A stretch of 64,000 nucleotides of DNA from Chlorokybus atmophyticus (GCA_009103225.1 RHPI01002619.1:54212-118211), one strand, 5' to 3'; shown: positions 45,600 to 63,940, numbered from the stretch's first letter. Program-made: numbers and translations. Notes: generated from the sequence alone by a model not told the origin.

Positions 45600-48367
45600 A
45601 TGAGGCGGGGCGGCAGCGGCGGTGGTGGAGGTATGGGTGGCATGGGCGGCATGGGCGGTGGTACGGGTGGTGGCATGCGTGGACAGGGCATGAGCACCAC
45701 CGCCATACTCGCCTTTGCAGCGATAGGCTTCCTGGGCGGCTTCCTCATTACACACATGCTGTCCACCTGGCTGTCAGTCATGCAGGTTTGAACATGCGCA
45801 TTACTGTTGAGGACTTATATTCTTATTGTTTATTATTGTTAACGTACTATTTGCATAATTTTATTGCACTGCGTGCGCAAAATTGCACAATGACGCATAC
45901 ATGCATCAAGACACAACACGCTACTGTGTGTGTCACGCAGTTGAGTCACCAGCACACCGCCACCAGAGACTACGCCATGCCTACGGACCTAATCACAAAT
46001 AACAACAACAATGATGCCGACGACGATGACTCCATGCAAGACCCCCTCGACGACGACTTGGACGAGTACACCATCCACGAAGACCACACCCTCACCCCTG
46101 ACTCAGCTCACTCCCAACATGAAGAGGACGACACTACTTCTGGAACCATCTCTCAAAGCAGTAACCGGTTACCGGGCATCCACTTCGTCATCACGAGCAA
46201 CGGCAACACCTACATGAACTGGCAGACCCGCGTGCTGTACCAGACGTTCTTGAAACACAAGGGGGCGAAGGGGTCGGCGCTGGCAGCGTTCACCAGAGTG
46301 CTGCATAGAATGTGAGTGAGAGTGTGGGGGTGCGTGTGTGAGTGGGTGGGGGTGGGGGTGAGTGTAGGTGTGGGTGCGCACGTGCGTGTGTATGTGGGTG
46401 TGCATGTGGGCGTGCATGTAGGCGTGCACGTGTGCGAGCGCGTGCGCGTGCGTCTGTTTGCATGCATGTATGTGTGTGTGTGTGTTGACGTCGTCAGTAT
46501 GTCGTGTCTGTAGGACGGATGACGAGCTCATGCACGAGGTTCCCACCTCGCGGTTCGACCCGAAGCATCCGGCGTGCGACGTGTGGTGCAACTACCCTGT
46601 CGCCGATCGGTCCGGAGCCTTGCGGCAGTGGCTCGAGACGGAGGACGCAAAGCAATGCGGTGCGTGCGCGTGTGCATGTGTGCATACGGTTGTGTGCAAG
46701 TGTTCGTGCGTGCGAGGGCGTACGTGTGCTTGCATATGTGCACGCACGTGCGAATGTGTGTGCGCGTGTGCGCGTGAGCATGTATCTTTTGTATGTGTGC
46801 ATGTGCGTGTGCGCGTGCGCGTGCGTGTGCGCGTGCGTGTGCGCGTGCGTGTGCGTGTGCGGGTGCGGGTGCGGGTGCGTGTGCGCGCAACTGTGTGCAC
46901 ACATGTGCGTGTTCGTATGCAAGTGTGCGTGTTGACAGTCGCACTGTGTGTGCTTCCGGGTAATAATGAGTGCTTTGTCTCACTGTTTGCATGTCCAAAA
47001 CAGAGTACATCCTGCTGGGAGAGACGGACTACCTGTTGGTTAAGCCTTTAGCCCAGCCGAACCTGGCACGCGGAGAAGGCATGGGTTTCCCTTTCGGGTT
47101 GGTATAAGTGTGTATGTGTGTGTGCGTGCGGTGATGCATCATGTGTGGGACCCGCACACAACCCACACAACACCTTTGGACAGGTACATCATACCAACAT
47201 ATCCGACAATCAAAGAGCCCATGGAGAGACTGTACCCGCCCGAGCTCGGCCCACTATCGGACATTCCCAACACGGGGAATGCGCCCGTCATGATGCGCGC
47301 GGATGACATGACTCAAGTGGTGAGCACATTTTAGCAACATGCTTGGTGTATCTAAGCTGTGTGGTTGTTGCATGCTGTTGATCAGAATGTGTTTTGGTTT
47401 TGAAAGGTTCAACTGTGGGAGCAAGTTGTGGATGTGATGGAGGCCGACGCAGAAGCCGTTGAGAAGCTAGGTTGGGTACGTGCATTATATAAAATCAGAG
47501 GGATGCCACAGCTGTTTGAGCACATGTGTCTGATTGTGTTTGCGTGTGCGTGTCTGTGCACAGGTGCGTGAGATGTACGCCTTCTCCATCGCCTGCGCCA
47601 AAGCCCACGTACGCATGGACCTTCCTCCCCCTCCCAACAACGTCTTCATGGTCCAGCCTCCGATGGACCGTTCCATGGGCAAGGCGGCGATGATGCACTA
47701 CACGTGGGGCACGGAGATGTACACGAAGCAGGTGAAAGACGGCAAAGAGGACTACACCATGGTGTGGACGTACGACAAGAGGACTTACATGGGAGGGCAG
47801 TATCATCAGGCAACCTTTAGGCTGGATCGCATACCCGAGCTGCCCGAATGGGAACCCAATAAGTATTTCCTGCAGGAGTGGTTCAAGCGGGAAGAGGTCA
47901 CAAAGGTACATGTTGTGCGGAGACATGCAGTTGTGTGTGCGCATGAGCGTGCATGTGTGCGTGTGTTCTAATGCAGTTGTATTGTGCATGCAGGAATTGA
48001 TGGACATCCTGCGCCTTGAGGCGAAGGTTTTCAACGAGGCGATTGACAGCATCAATAACAAGAACAACGGGCTGCCGCAGGGTTTCACCTCAGTTGAAGC
48101 AGCTGTCAAGGTGCTGTGTAAATGTATAGAATTCAAGGATTGTGGCATGCATGTGTGTACGTGCGTGCACATGTTCGCGTGTGCTTGTGTCCGCATGCTC
48201 GCATGAATGCACGTGTGTCCATGCGCGCATGTGTGCGTGCGTGTGTGTAACCACACTGTTTGCTGCAGGCAGGCGAGCCTGGCGAGCAAGCAAAGCAGGC
48301 CAGGCAACGAGTTGAGCAGCTGGAACGGGAGAAAGCCGAGCGCAAGAAGAAAGCTGAGGGGAGGTAA
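45600..48367 (+). CDS. HPAT: Hydroxyproline O-arabinosyltransferase (GT95/HPAT-like), copy 2, head-to-head with copy 1
   Basis: Same motifs and exon structure: ITSNGNTYMNWQTRVLYQTF, VREMYAFSIACAK, MVQPPMD, MHYTWGTE, WTYDKRTY. The last exon AGEPGEQ...KAEGR ends in a stop at 48367. Confidence 0.88.
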
Positions 48368-49324
48368 CAGAAGGCTTTGCGCGTCACATAGTAGCAGTTG
48401 CTGCGCTTTGTAATGCCATAGACTCTTCCATGAGCAAAGCAGAGCAAATGTACAACGCATGCGTTTGCAGCACATGCAGCGTGTAGCGCAATGCACACAA
48501 CAACAGTGTCATGCATGGTGTCGGCGAATGCTCCTGCTGGTCATCGGTAAGGAAGATACATAGTTCACGGTACATTCAAACTGACGGAAGAAGCAAGCTG
48601 TTGGATGCGATGCATGCACACGTGCAGCTGAAGAGAGTCACTGCTACTTGCTCCAAAATTAGCATCAGCCTACAGCACATTGCGCACCACAACCGAGTAA
48701 AACAGCTGCGCATCAACCTGCTACTAGAGCATAACAACACAACACAACACAAGGCAAGTTGTGCTTGCATGCTCACATACTTGCATGCGCGAAATGGCTT
48801 CACATCTTATTTAACACCAGGCAAGTTGTACAGGATATGCGCGAGACAATTGGCGACATGCATGACGTCACAACAGCATAGCATACCAACCAGCATGCAA
48901 ACACAGTCACATACACCACCACCGGGCTATGTTGACTGCCTGTTTACCTACCACACCCTACTCTAGACCTCCCTGTTATGTGTGCAAAAGACGATCAGTC
49001 AGTCACGTGTATGGTACACTGCGCGCAAGCTGCAACTCAGCAAGAAAGACCACTCAACACTCAACATGGAGTTACCAGAGTGGGCTGCAACTGCAGCACC
49101 TGACTACCCACACCATGCTGGCTTCCACATGCCACCCACAAGGGCACAAAGATAGCTAACACCATGCACACGACGGCCTGAAACAAACCAAAGCGTATAC
49201 TGGCCTTTACAAGCATGCATATGGAAAAGGTGGCAGCAGCATTGTGGAAAATCAGCAAACAGCACAGACCTGTTTATTTGTCCTGTGCAGGGAATGCGCA
49301 GTGTACACTAATGTTACAACTCGC

Positions 49325-51428
<2,104 letters not shown>

Positions 51429-51478
51429 CCTTGCCGACGCCGCCCACAACACCGCCCAGGCCAACTATCAGCTACCCG

Positions 51479-51487
51479 AAACCCTAA
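51479..51487 (+). promoter_or_regulatory. Telo-box (AAACCCTAA) in the RPT3/LSMT divergent region
   Basis: Exact motif about 50 bp upstream of the RPT3 ATG. Confidence 0.5.
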
Positions 51488-52037
51488 TTTTGCGTCAGTT
51501 ACGCTGGCTCAGTCGTATCGGAGTCACTCCGGATACGCCAAACACTCGCCGGTTGCGCTTTGCCCATCGCCTACGCTGTCAAGGAGGCGGCGGCGGTGGC
51601 GGAGGCGGCAGCACTTGTTACACAAAAGGCGAGTAAACTTGTTTGCTTGCATGTGGCTGTGCATGCTGTTTTGTCAGATGCTGCGGCCAGAAAGCGCGTA
51701 TGTTCTTGTGGGGATGTAGTGCTGCACTACTACTACTGCCGCAAGCAGCCAGCCAGTCTTGCTTGAAGTTTGGGTTTGCTACTACGTTTGTCAACTAGCA
51801 TGCTGTAAAGATTTTGAATGATGATCTTTCAACCTGGATGCTTCTTCCTTGCGTTGTTTATAGTTGCGGCGACGTTGTATTGCACTTGACTGGTCACATG
51901 TTTGGCAAGAGCTTGAGGACTGAGCCCATGGCTGTTGTCATCGCAATGCAGCCTAGAGTTGCATTGGATCTGATTGGAGATGTCTGGCAACTTCTTAGTT
52001 TCTGTTTTTGCATGCAGGTGGAACTTGCAAGCCCACC

Positions 52038-54216
52038 ATGGAGGCTTTGCAAGTTTCCATGCGGCACACAGGCGGCGCCAGCGTCAGCGCAGGGTGGTGG
52101 CTAGCGTGCCAAGCTGCTGCGCCCACACGGCTGCAACACCGCGCACAATCACCATCTCAACATAGACACAGTAGCCACCGAGACTTGAGCTTGCGTAGCA
52201 CCTGGACAGGTGGATTGAAGCACAGGTTACAGCACAAAGCAGCTGAGCGTGCAGGCTTGCACAGTGTGCGTTGCGTGGCTGCAATAGCACCAGCAGCAGA
52301 GAGTCAAGCTAGCAGTAAGCAGCAAGCGCAAGAGTTGGTGAGATGGTTGAAAGAGAATGGTGCTCTTGATGACAAGTCGAGAGTCACTGTGGAAGAGACT
52401 CCTTACGGGTTGGGTCTGGTTGCCACGCAAGACATATCGGAGAAGAGCACTGTTGTCTCTGTGCCTGAGAAGCTGTGCTTGAATATTGAGGCTGCGCGCG
52501 CGTCTAGCATAGGACAGTTTTGTGATGGGTTGCGGCCTTGGCTAGTGGTCGCGTTGTTTCTACTCAAGGAGATGAACGATCCGAACTCCTTCTGGCAACC
52601 TTACCTTCACATGCTGCCACGCAACCTCGATTCACCAATCTATTGGACAGATGAAGAGCTCAGCCTGCTACAAGGTATGCATGCATTGCAGTGTACGTAA
52701 CATACATTGCTGCTACTGTTATACATGTCATACTACTGTGGTTCAACTGCTATCAACTGGCAGGCTCGCAGCTATTGTCATCAGCAGAGGGTTACCGAGA
52801 CTACGTGCGCAGCGAGTTTGACCAGCTTCAAGCTGGGGTCTTTGCCGCGCGGCCTGACCTTTTTGATAGCAGCACTTTCACATATGATAACCTCCTCTGG
52901 GCGTTTGGCATTCTACGGTCGCGCGTGTTCCCACCTCTGGACGGAGACAAGTGAGTTTTCTTTTATGCACATCAGGTTTTGGGTTGGTTTATCTTATGAT
53001 AAGGTTGTGTCGTTGTTGACTATCAACACAACACATCATCATCATCATCATCTGCAATTGACACATGCACACATTTCCATGCAAGCAGCATTGCCCTGGT
53101 GCCTTTGGTGGACCTCGCAAATCATGGCGAGACCTCCGAGGAAGCACCTCAGATCACGTTGAAGAGTGCCGGCATGTTTGCTAGAAGCAATGTGGTGACC
53201 TTGACAGTGACTTCAAGCTACAAGTCTGGCGAGCAGGTATAACAAAGGTGCAAGCCAGCATGTGTAATTGTGTTGAGGTTTGGGTTTAAAACTTTGTACT
53301 TGTTTGGTCAGGTGCTTATTAACTATGGTGACAAGTCCAACACTGAGCTTGTTCTGGACCACGGCTTTGTAACTAACTCCACCGAGCGCGACCGGTACTC
53401 GCTTACCTGTGAAGTACCTGAAAATGACCGCTTCTTCGACGATAAAGCTGACATTTGCGAATCGGTTGAGCTCGGCTCCAGCATAGACCTCCAACTGATC
53501 CGCGGTCAAGAACCGCCAGAAGACCTGCTCCCTTTCCTCCGCCTTGCCAACTTGAGTGAGTGAATGCAGTGCTGCTTGTTGCTATGTACAGGTACAAAGT
53601 AGTGTTGCTGTAAAGTTGCATGCAGAGCTTGCAAGTCACTGTGCTGCAATGTGGTTCACAGGTGGTGCAGATGCTTTTCATCTTGAACCCCTCTTCCGCA
53701 GCGTTGCTTGGCAGCATGTGATAGACCCCGTAAGCGAGATTAATGAGGTAAGAGGTTACGCACAGGTGTTCAGGACCAGTCTTGCCAGTGACTAAAGCAA
53801 GGCTGGGCAGGCAGCTGTCTGTGATGGTATGATTGAAGGTTGCACTCAAGCGCTCGCTGCCTACCCGAACAGCATTGAGGAGGATGAACAGTGGCTCAAA
53901 ACCAACTCGCCCACAACGTCTTCTTCTGGAAACCCTCAATACAGGCAAATGCTGGCCGTGCGAGCACGCTATGGAGAGAAGGTTGTGCTGAGAGATACCC
54001 TCAACTTCTTCCAACTGCGGAGACAGGATCTTCTCAAGCTGGAGTTCTATGCGGAGCGCCGGCTCAAGGGCTTGGGCCTTATGGATGAGGGTGGAGCTTC
54101 CACATTTGATGTAAGTACATATGTCCCGCGTGCCAAATTGATTGATGCATAAGTTTTGGGTGCTGAGGATTGATCTCGCACCTTCTGTGTTGAAGGACTT
54201 GATGAGAGGAAGGTGA
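52038..54216 (+). CDS. LSMT: Plastid SET-domain protein lysine methyltransferase, Rubisco LSMT/FBA methyltransferase type
   Basis: Transit peptide, then PYGLGLVATQDI, WQPYLHMLP, WAFGILRSRVF, LVPLVDLANH, INYGDKSNTELVLDHGF, DRFFDDKADI and EFYAERRLKGLGL. The last codons are uncertain: stop at 54152 if unspliced, 54216 if spliced. Confidence 0.9.
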
Positions 54217-56192
54217 CATCACCAGCAGCGAACTTCCCCGTGAACATCAGAAGACGACGAACTAGGATGAACCAGCTGCTGTTAATCTGCATACTGGCAT
54301 GCATACACTAGCTTCATTTATTGGTTTTCTCGTCTCAGCCAGTTAATACACCAACAAGAACAGGCATGGCATGTGGACATGCCATTGGCACATGGCACCA
54401 CCTTGTAATCTACATTACAACTCATGGAGTTCCGCAACAGTGCTGCATGCACAGTGGCACTGCTGAACAGAGTACGTGTGTTTATGTACATACGCACTTG
54501 GAATGGTCAGCATGCATGTCGCAATACCACATAGGGTACAAGATTAAACTGATGCATAAGCAAGCAGCATAGGCTCTTCCGCCCTGTGTTTTTGCGCAAA
54601 CAGCCCTCTTGTGGTGCTGAGGATTGGGCCAAAGTTCTGCTTAGAGCGTTGTATCCTCTTTGTGGTACACCTGTAAGCTAGCATGGCGTGGCTTGCTCGT
54701 GTGCTGCTTCGGCCTGTGAGACAGCAGGCATGGGGTGCTGCTATAGCTGAAGCTGGGTGTGCGGCATACTATTCCTTATAGCAGAGATGCGCATAGTGCA
54801 TGTGTCATCCAATGCAGGCAGCCTGCACTGCCACCGCCGTCGCCACCTCTCTCCACCCATCCCAAAGGCAAGTGCAGGGTTCCCAAGTAAAACCCTCTGT
54901 TGGTGTGTCGCTCCCAGGTTTGTAGGGGGGGTCAGGCAGAAGCTGTGACTGCAGTCGTCTCTTTCGCATTTGCTTGCAAACGTGTTGGACGCTTATTGCT
55001 GCCTGTAGCGAAGGAAGGTTGTTCATTGCCACTCCCTGGCTTCGCTCTGTCATAATGCCTCCCTGTCCTTTGCGTTGCACGCATGTTGATGCTGCAGGCT
55101 GTCTCCTCAACCTCTATTATCATGACATGTGTCTCCATCATGACTACAATGTCAACAGCTGTACGCAGGGTAGTATAGTATTGCCTTATAGTGTTGTGTG
55201 ATTGCCTTTCACAAGAGCAACTGCAAACTGACTCATAACACGGGCATCGCTTGGTTTGGTGTCAAGCTGCACAGCCACTGTACAACTTGTGTAGCACTCT
55301 TGCGCGTGGCTCTTGGCACTGTTCTGCTACCCTTCAGGAAGTCATTGTGATCCTGAGCGAGAATGAGACAAGTTGTTGTGCTGGTGATGCTGGTGCTGCT
55401 GCTTTGTGCGGCGCCAGCCATTGGACTGCAAGAAGTACAACAAGTGTAAAGAGTGCCAATGCAGGGATGAGAAGCAGAAGTGCATTAAGTCTCCTCCACC
55501 AACGCCAACCCCAAGACCACCGCCACCTCCAACCCCGCCTGGTCCTGAGTAATCCGTGAATGAGATTTGCTTCTTTTGTGGAGCGAGTTGAGTAACAACA
55601 GCAAGCCAGGACAAGGCAAATCAATGAGAGCAGTGCCGGCACCATACTGATGCGGTATGAGAGAATGCAATGCAGTATACTTCAGATGTATATAAGCAGC
55701 GCAAGTAATCTTTAGTACTTGCAATGTGAATAGGTTTACTTGTACAAATGCTGTCGTGCAGCCAAGGGGAGCGCCCTGCAAAGAACTTGATGTGGACAGT
55801 TTGCTCAGTGTAGTTTACCCTGGTTGTCCTTACCGTTGTCACAAGCCACGTTCTTTGCAACAAACTCCGGAAAATAAATAGCAAGGCAGCAAGATACAAT
55901 GTACTGCGGCATGTTGGTGACTGACACAAAGAGGCTGCCAGCAGCAGCAGTCAGAGCCCTGAGTTGAACTCTGCTGGTGACTGACAAGGCCGACAGGGTT
56001 TACCAAATGCAGTAGTGATAAATCCCATAGCATCAACAGTATTTACCAAGGTGCGCATTGCAAGCTGCTGTGCCCCTGTTGCTTGTGTAGCGCGACAACA
56101 TATGTGAACTTGCACTGCTTGTGCTCTACATGTCACCATCTACAACCGCCTGACATACTCTCTCGCCTCTGCAAGTCCCAGAATACTTACTG

Positions 56193-58336
<2,144 letters not shown>

Positions 58337-58821
58337 CTACGAGGCCAGGCCAGGCCAGGCCAGGCGACGCTAGACTACGCTAAGCTAGGGTAGGGTAGTC
58401 CTGTACTCACCACCCCTCCCGCCTTCCTGCTGACCTCCAGAAATGCCCTTAGAAACCAAGCCAAACGTGGAAGAGAAAAAAAAACACCCGTCTCCTGACT
58501 CTGCAAGATCCTCAGACGCTACGACGGCAACCACAATGACGCCACGGCCAGCAACGCCGCCACCGCCGTCGCCGCCGCCGCCGCCGCTTGAAAGTGCTGT
58601 GTAGACAGCAAATGGCGGGAAAATGCGTGCATGCTGTTTACCGTGGCCTAGTTTGAACCATGGAAACAGTGAATCAACAAACCGCCGCAGTGAAGAAACG
58701 CCGTGGCCGCGGGGTCAGCCGCGAGCAGCGAATCAACCTTCAAAGTGATTCGCCAGTGGTGAATCAATTACCACCCCGTCACTACAGCAGTGAATTACGG
58801 ATGCTGTAATAAAAAAGACCG

Positions 58822-58831
58822 TTTAGGGTTT
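58822..58831 (+). promoter_or_regulatory. Telo-box (TTTAGGGTTT) in the MSI1/HISN5 divergent region
   Basis: Exact motif about 85 bp upstream of the HISN5 ATG. Confidence 0.5.
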
Positions 58832-58915
58832 GTCGGCGGGAGCGGCGGCGGTGGCGGTGGTGGTGGTGGTGGCGTTGTCGGCGTCGGTGTCTGGTGGCGT
58901 GCTTCAAAGGTCAAG

Positions 58916-60657
58916 ATGGCTTCCGTTGCATCTGCTGCTGTGGTTTCTTCCCGTTCTGTGGTGTCTGCTGCTGCCTCCACCAGCGGGCGGCGGCAGTCAG
59001 CGGTTGCCACGCCGCATGCACCAAGGAGGGGAAGGCAGCACAGGTCTAGCTTCTACGGGAGCAACGTCAGCGTTGGCGCTGTGTCCATACCTACTAGTGG
59101 CGCTCAGCGCTGCTGGCAGCCAGTGCAAACATCCGCCGTGTTGGAAGCTGAACGACCTACAGACGTGGCTGCTTCGCCTTTGACAGGTGCTTGTAGTACA
59201 GAGTGTTGTATAATATTTTTGCACTGTCGACGTACATGTGTCTCTCAACATTTGTATATGGTAGATGCGCAAAATGACGTTGTTAATTTGCCCGTTATGT
59301 GTCTGGTGTTGGGCTGTCTCTGCTGCAGGTCACTCCACTGCACAAAAACTATTTGCCAGCAAGCAGCTCTGTTGATATCAAGTGTTCCCTGTCCCGATTT
59401 TGCACCAAACTGAGAACTTTATGTTCTTGATGCAGACGTTAAGAAGCGTGTCAGTACCGTTCACCGCAAGACAAAGGAGACGTCTGTGGAAGTGACTATC
59501 AATTTGGATGGCACCGGTGAATGCATAGCTGACACTGGCATCCCTTTCCTGGATCACATGATTGACGTACGTGCATTGCCTCTGGCAGCAGTTGGTTTCA
59601 AACCATTGTACTCACATTGTTGTTCATGAGGATGCTGATGGTAGTGAAGCAGATGTTGCATGGCAGCTGCATGCATGATACGCCACAACTTGACTTGAAT
59701 GCCTCTTATATGCTGTGCAGCAATTGTCATCGCATGGGCTGTTTGACTTAGTGGTCAGAGCTCAAGGGGATACACATATCGATGACCACCACACCAATGA
59801 GGATATTGCTCTTGCCCTCGGCCAGGTAAAGCAGTTGTCGGCAGTGACGATGAGCCATGTACTAGGTCCTCTCAGTCAAGCAGTTGTATGCATGTCTGTG
59901 GCCATTAATGTGTGGTTGTAATTAGGCCCTGGCCAATGCGCTTGGTGACAGAAAGGGTATTCATAGATTCGGAGACTTCTCAGCACCTCTCGATGAGGCG
60001 CTCGTGCATGTTGTGCTGGTAAGGTTGCTGGGGCACCGTCTGCGGGAGTTAGCCTTGGGCTTATTGGCTCAATATGCATGCTGACAACCTGATGCTGCTT
60101 GCAGGACCTGTCCGGTAGGCCGCACATGAGTCATGATCTCAACATCCCTACATCACATGTTGGAAAGTACGATACACAGGTACTCGTTGTGTGTGTTGTG
60201 CATCTGGCGCACTCTGTTGCTTACATATGCTTTACTGATGTCTGCAGCTCGTCGAGCATTTCTTCCAGTCTCTAGCAAACACCTCTGGCATGACGCTGCA
60301 TATCAGACAGGTATGACAGAGCAGAGTTTTACCAGCATGTGGCTTTCTGACTTTGCTGGTTGGGTCAGCCGGAGTTGATTTGCATCAAGTGATTGTGTCG
60401 TGTTGCCCAACACTGATGCTGCTTCACCATTGCAGTTGGCTGGTCGCAACTCTCACCACATCATTGAAGCCACTTTCAAGGCGTTTGCGCGCGCCTTGCG
60501 GAGGGCAACAGAAGTTGACCCGCGGCGTGCAGGAACAATACCGAGGTAGGCGCTACATCATGCAGTTGTACCTTTGCGGTGAATTGGTGTCCCTTTGATG
60601 GAATCCGATTCTGATCGAGTGTCTTGCAGCTCAAAAGGAGTGTTGACTCAACAGTAG
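58916..60657 (+). CDS. HISN5: Imidazoleglycerol-phosphate dehydratase, plastid
   Basis: Ser/Ala-rich transit peptide, then [72 protein letters not shown] and SSKGVL. Confidence 0.96.
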
Positions 60658-62896
60658 CTGCTGTGCAAGTTACATCGTTGGGGATGGTTAGTTGGCAGCT
60701 CTCGACAACCGCAACTGCGCATCTGCTTGCGTATAATGTGCGAGGACATGCGGGGTTGTTGTAGTCTGGTTCAGGCATTCTCTGCGGAGACTGCCAGCAT
60801 GTTTTAATAATGGAAGACACAGCTTGTATAGTGCCTCATGGTTGCTTCGCGTCTTGGGTGCATGTATCTCATTGGTCAGTTGACTTGGTGTCTTGGGTGT
60901 TGGGCGCTATCACCTGCGAGTGACACAACTGCATGCCTCCGTGGCTGATCGGACAAGCGCAACATTGCACCAAGTTGTATTGCCCCTTTTAAATGGCTGA
61001 GTTATGTCAATTCGTGCAACTTTGCATGCAATTGGGCATTTTGCGTCAATTAGTAGCTTTGCAAGTCTAGCGGGAGAGGAGACGTATCAATGTGAATTAG
61101 TAAGTTGATATCTGATGTGCGTGCGTGTTGGTGTCTGAGGATAGGCATGGCTGTGTGGTATTTGTTTGAACGCTTTGTGAATCCATAATAGAGTTTCTGT
61201 GATTCAGGCCAAAAGCTGCAGCGCATGTGTGTGGGTCGACATCACTACTGTCAAGCCATAAATGCGAGTGGAAGCGCGTACACACGCGAATTCCCCATTC
61301 CTTCATTTATACACTGCACGCAGCCGGCACATGACATGTGATTCTACGCGTATGCCATTTGTCATGTCGGTTGATGCGTGTGTGTCAGTTGTGCTGTAGT
61401 GTGCGTTCACTCAGATACTGTGTGCATATTGTCTGGGCTGTGTGTGTATTTTGATGGTCTTTGTGTTTGTGTGCATACGATTGTGTGAGTGCTGTGTGTT
61501 CCTGGTATGTGTGTGCCGCACATATCACAACTACACTCTATGCGGCATACAGAGTAGTTGAGTTTGCATGGGCATGCATTACGCATGTGCTAGCATACGT
61601 GGCATGCTCGCACACAGTGCCAACAGCCACAGAGTGTATCGCGGTGATAACAACACGAAGAAGCCATGAGACCCGGGCCCACCTTACAACACCAGTCCAA
61701 TCACCACACATCGACAATGATGGCATACGTTACGAGTAGCCAGCACATCACCTGTGATGCTGGTACATGTATCTGTTTCCACCTAGCCCCCACTCCTACC
61801 ATGCCACACACAATGCACCATTCGGTAACCAAAGTCACACACCTGCATTAAGCGAAGTATGTAGACTTTTTTGCAATGTGTGCATCTGTTTGTGGCTGCG
61901 TGTGGGTATGTGTGTGCCTGTTCGTAGGCTGTTTGTTGAGTGTGCAGTTCATAGTTGCTGTGGGTATCATTGAGTGTGTCAGTTGGTGACTGCTTGTGGC
62001 TGTGTGTGTAAGTCCGTTGTTGTTGTGTATATAAGGGGTATGGTACGGGGTATGGTACTGTGTGTGGACAGCGCAGCTCGTAGTCGCTATGCGTTTGCAA
62101 GCGTGCTTCAGAACTGTGCGTGTGTGCGTGCGAGCCACTGTTAGGTGCATAACTGCGTGTGCTTGTACAAGTGTGTGCTGCTTGCAGGACATGTACGCAC
62201 ACGCGCAGCCTTGTGTGCATGCACTTAAAGGCGTTGTGCTGAGTGTGAGTATCTGTTGCAAAGTTGCATGTGGTTCTGCAGTTGCACAACCAACACTGCA
62301 TGTAACAGTCATCAAACACGCCAAGGTAGTCAAGGACACGTCTTTAAATACCTGCTTTAGAAAACAACACATGTTGTCTGCATGCTCAGGACGATGTGAC
62401 TATGTTCAGCTGGTATATGTACAACAAGCATATATATCAGCATGGAAGCATGACAGCCATCAGTGATGATTGGCATTTATCGAGCAGCACGGGGAATAGT
62501 TTCGTGGCACATATTTTCACACAACTGCATCACGATAGGTCATTACCACAAAGTAAGTATGCACACACAGCAGCAGAAGCATGGCAATGCAATATTCAAG
62601 TAGTCAGGTAAACATTCGCGACAGGGAGACATAAGTAGGGCTGAAAGAATGCTTGATTGATAATCAAGAACAATGCGATGAAACGTATATACACAAGCTA
62701 CCAACTACAGTGCCAATGAATGAATGAATGAATGACTAAGTACCCCTACAATGCAGAACGATACAAAAAAAACAGCCAAGCCAACTACAAAAAGGCCTGT
62801 CGACACATGTCCGCCAAAAATCACGAGGCAAAATTCGTCAGCCAAGCTCCTCCAGCCCAGCTCCTCAGTTCAAAACTGATACATCCACTGATACAA

Positions 62897-62935
<39 letters not shown>

Positions 62936-62938
62936 TTC

Positions 62939-63940
62939 CTAGTACACTGTGGCCTGCGAGATGCGGTTGGGTCCGTTGGCGTCGTTGAAGACGAGGCGGA
63001 GCTCAAAGGCGCCGGGCTTGAGGGCAGGAACGGTGACGGTCTGAGACAAATTGTGTGTGAGTGTGTGTCGACAGAGGTCGTGTGTGTAGCATGAAGAGAT
63101 GCGTGCGAGTTTGGGGGGGGTGACACATACACACCTGCAGGTGGTTGGCGGAGGTGTCTACAGCGTTGAGGGCGGTACCGGCAGCCCAGCTGGTCGCTGT
63201 GGCAGGGGTGGCCGAGCTCTGTGTGGTTGTGATTGACACGAACCCATCATGAGACGAAGCAAAGAAGCGAACCAACCAATCAAGTGTATCACACACATGT
63301 GCGAGAACAGCAACCATAACAACAACAACCCCTGCCACACGCGCACACTGATCACCTTGTAGTAGAGGAAGGATGGGAGGACGTCGGTGACGTATGAGAC
63401 GTACAGCTGGCCCTTGAAGGAGGCCAGGGCAGGACCCTGCATTTGGGCGTGCATGTGTGTGTGTGTGTGTGTTTGTGTGAGCGTGATGGTGGGAGAGTTA
63501 GAGTGAGAGAGAGATACATACCTTGAGGGAGTTCTCCGTGCCGATGTTGAGAGGTGCGCTCCATGTGGTTCCGGTCGTCGTGGAGGCAAGGCGCAGCTGA
63601 CCCGCGGTGGTGGAGGAGCCCAACCTGAAGTCCATTACCATTGTTGTAGTAATTGTTGCTGTTACCCTTCACTGACCAACACATTCGCACACTCTCACCT
63701 CCACCCAATGTACAGCGCATTCCCGAACACGGCCGCCCCGACGGTGGAGAACGTGACGGTCGGCGCGGGCAGCGTGGAGGCCAACGCCCATGAAGAGGCA
63801 GTCAGAGGGGAAGAGGAGCGAAGGACCCTGTGTTGGTGTGGGTATGTGGGTGGGTATGTGGGGGTGGGTGGGCGTGTTGTTTGTTTACCTGATGGCGCCT
63901 GTGGCGAGGTCTGGGTAGATGGCGTAGAGGAGTGTGCCGA
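62939..63940 (-). CDS. 3' exons of an unknown gene (extends past the window) with beta-propeller-like P-x-L-x-x-F-x-x-x-LY repeats
   Basis: Phase-compatible splicing gives RPQLIQFGTLLYAIY...SW, GAAVFGNALYIGWR...TTWS, GPALASFKGQLYVSYV...TSW, and a terminal exon TVTVPALKPGAFELRLVFND...ATVY-stop. Confidence 0.6.

Noticed and set aside
47495-48496. 333-aa minus-strand ORF
   Set aside because: Antisense to HPAT2 exons and microsatellite-rich introns.
60700-62900. Short ORFs downstream of HISN5
   Set aside because: Low-complexity GT/CA-rich sequence with no coherent reading frame.
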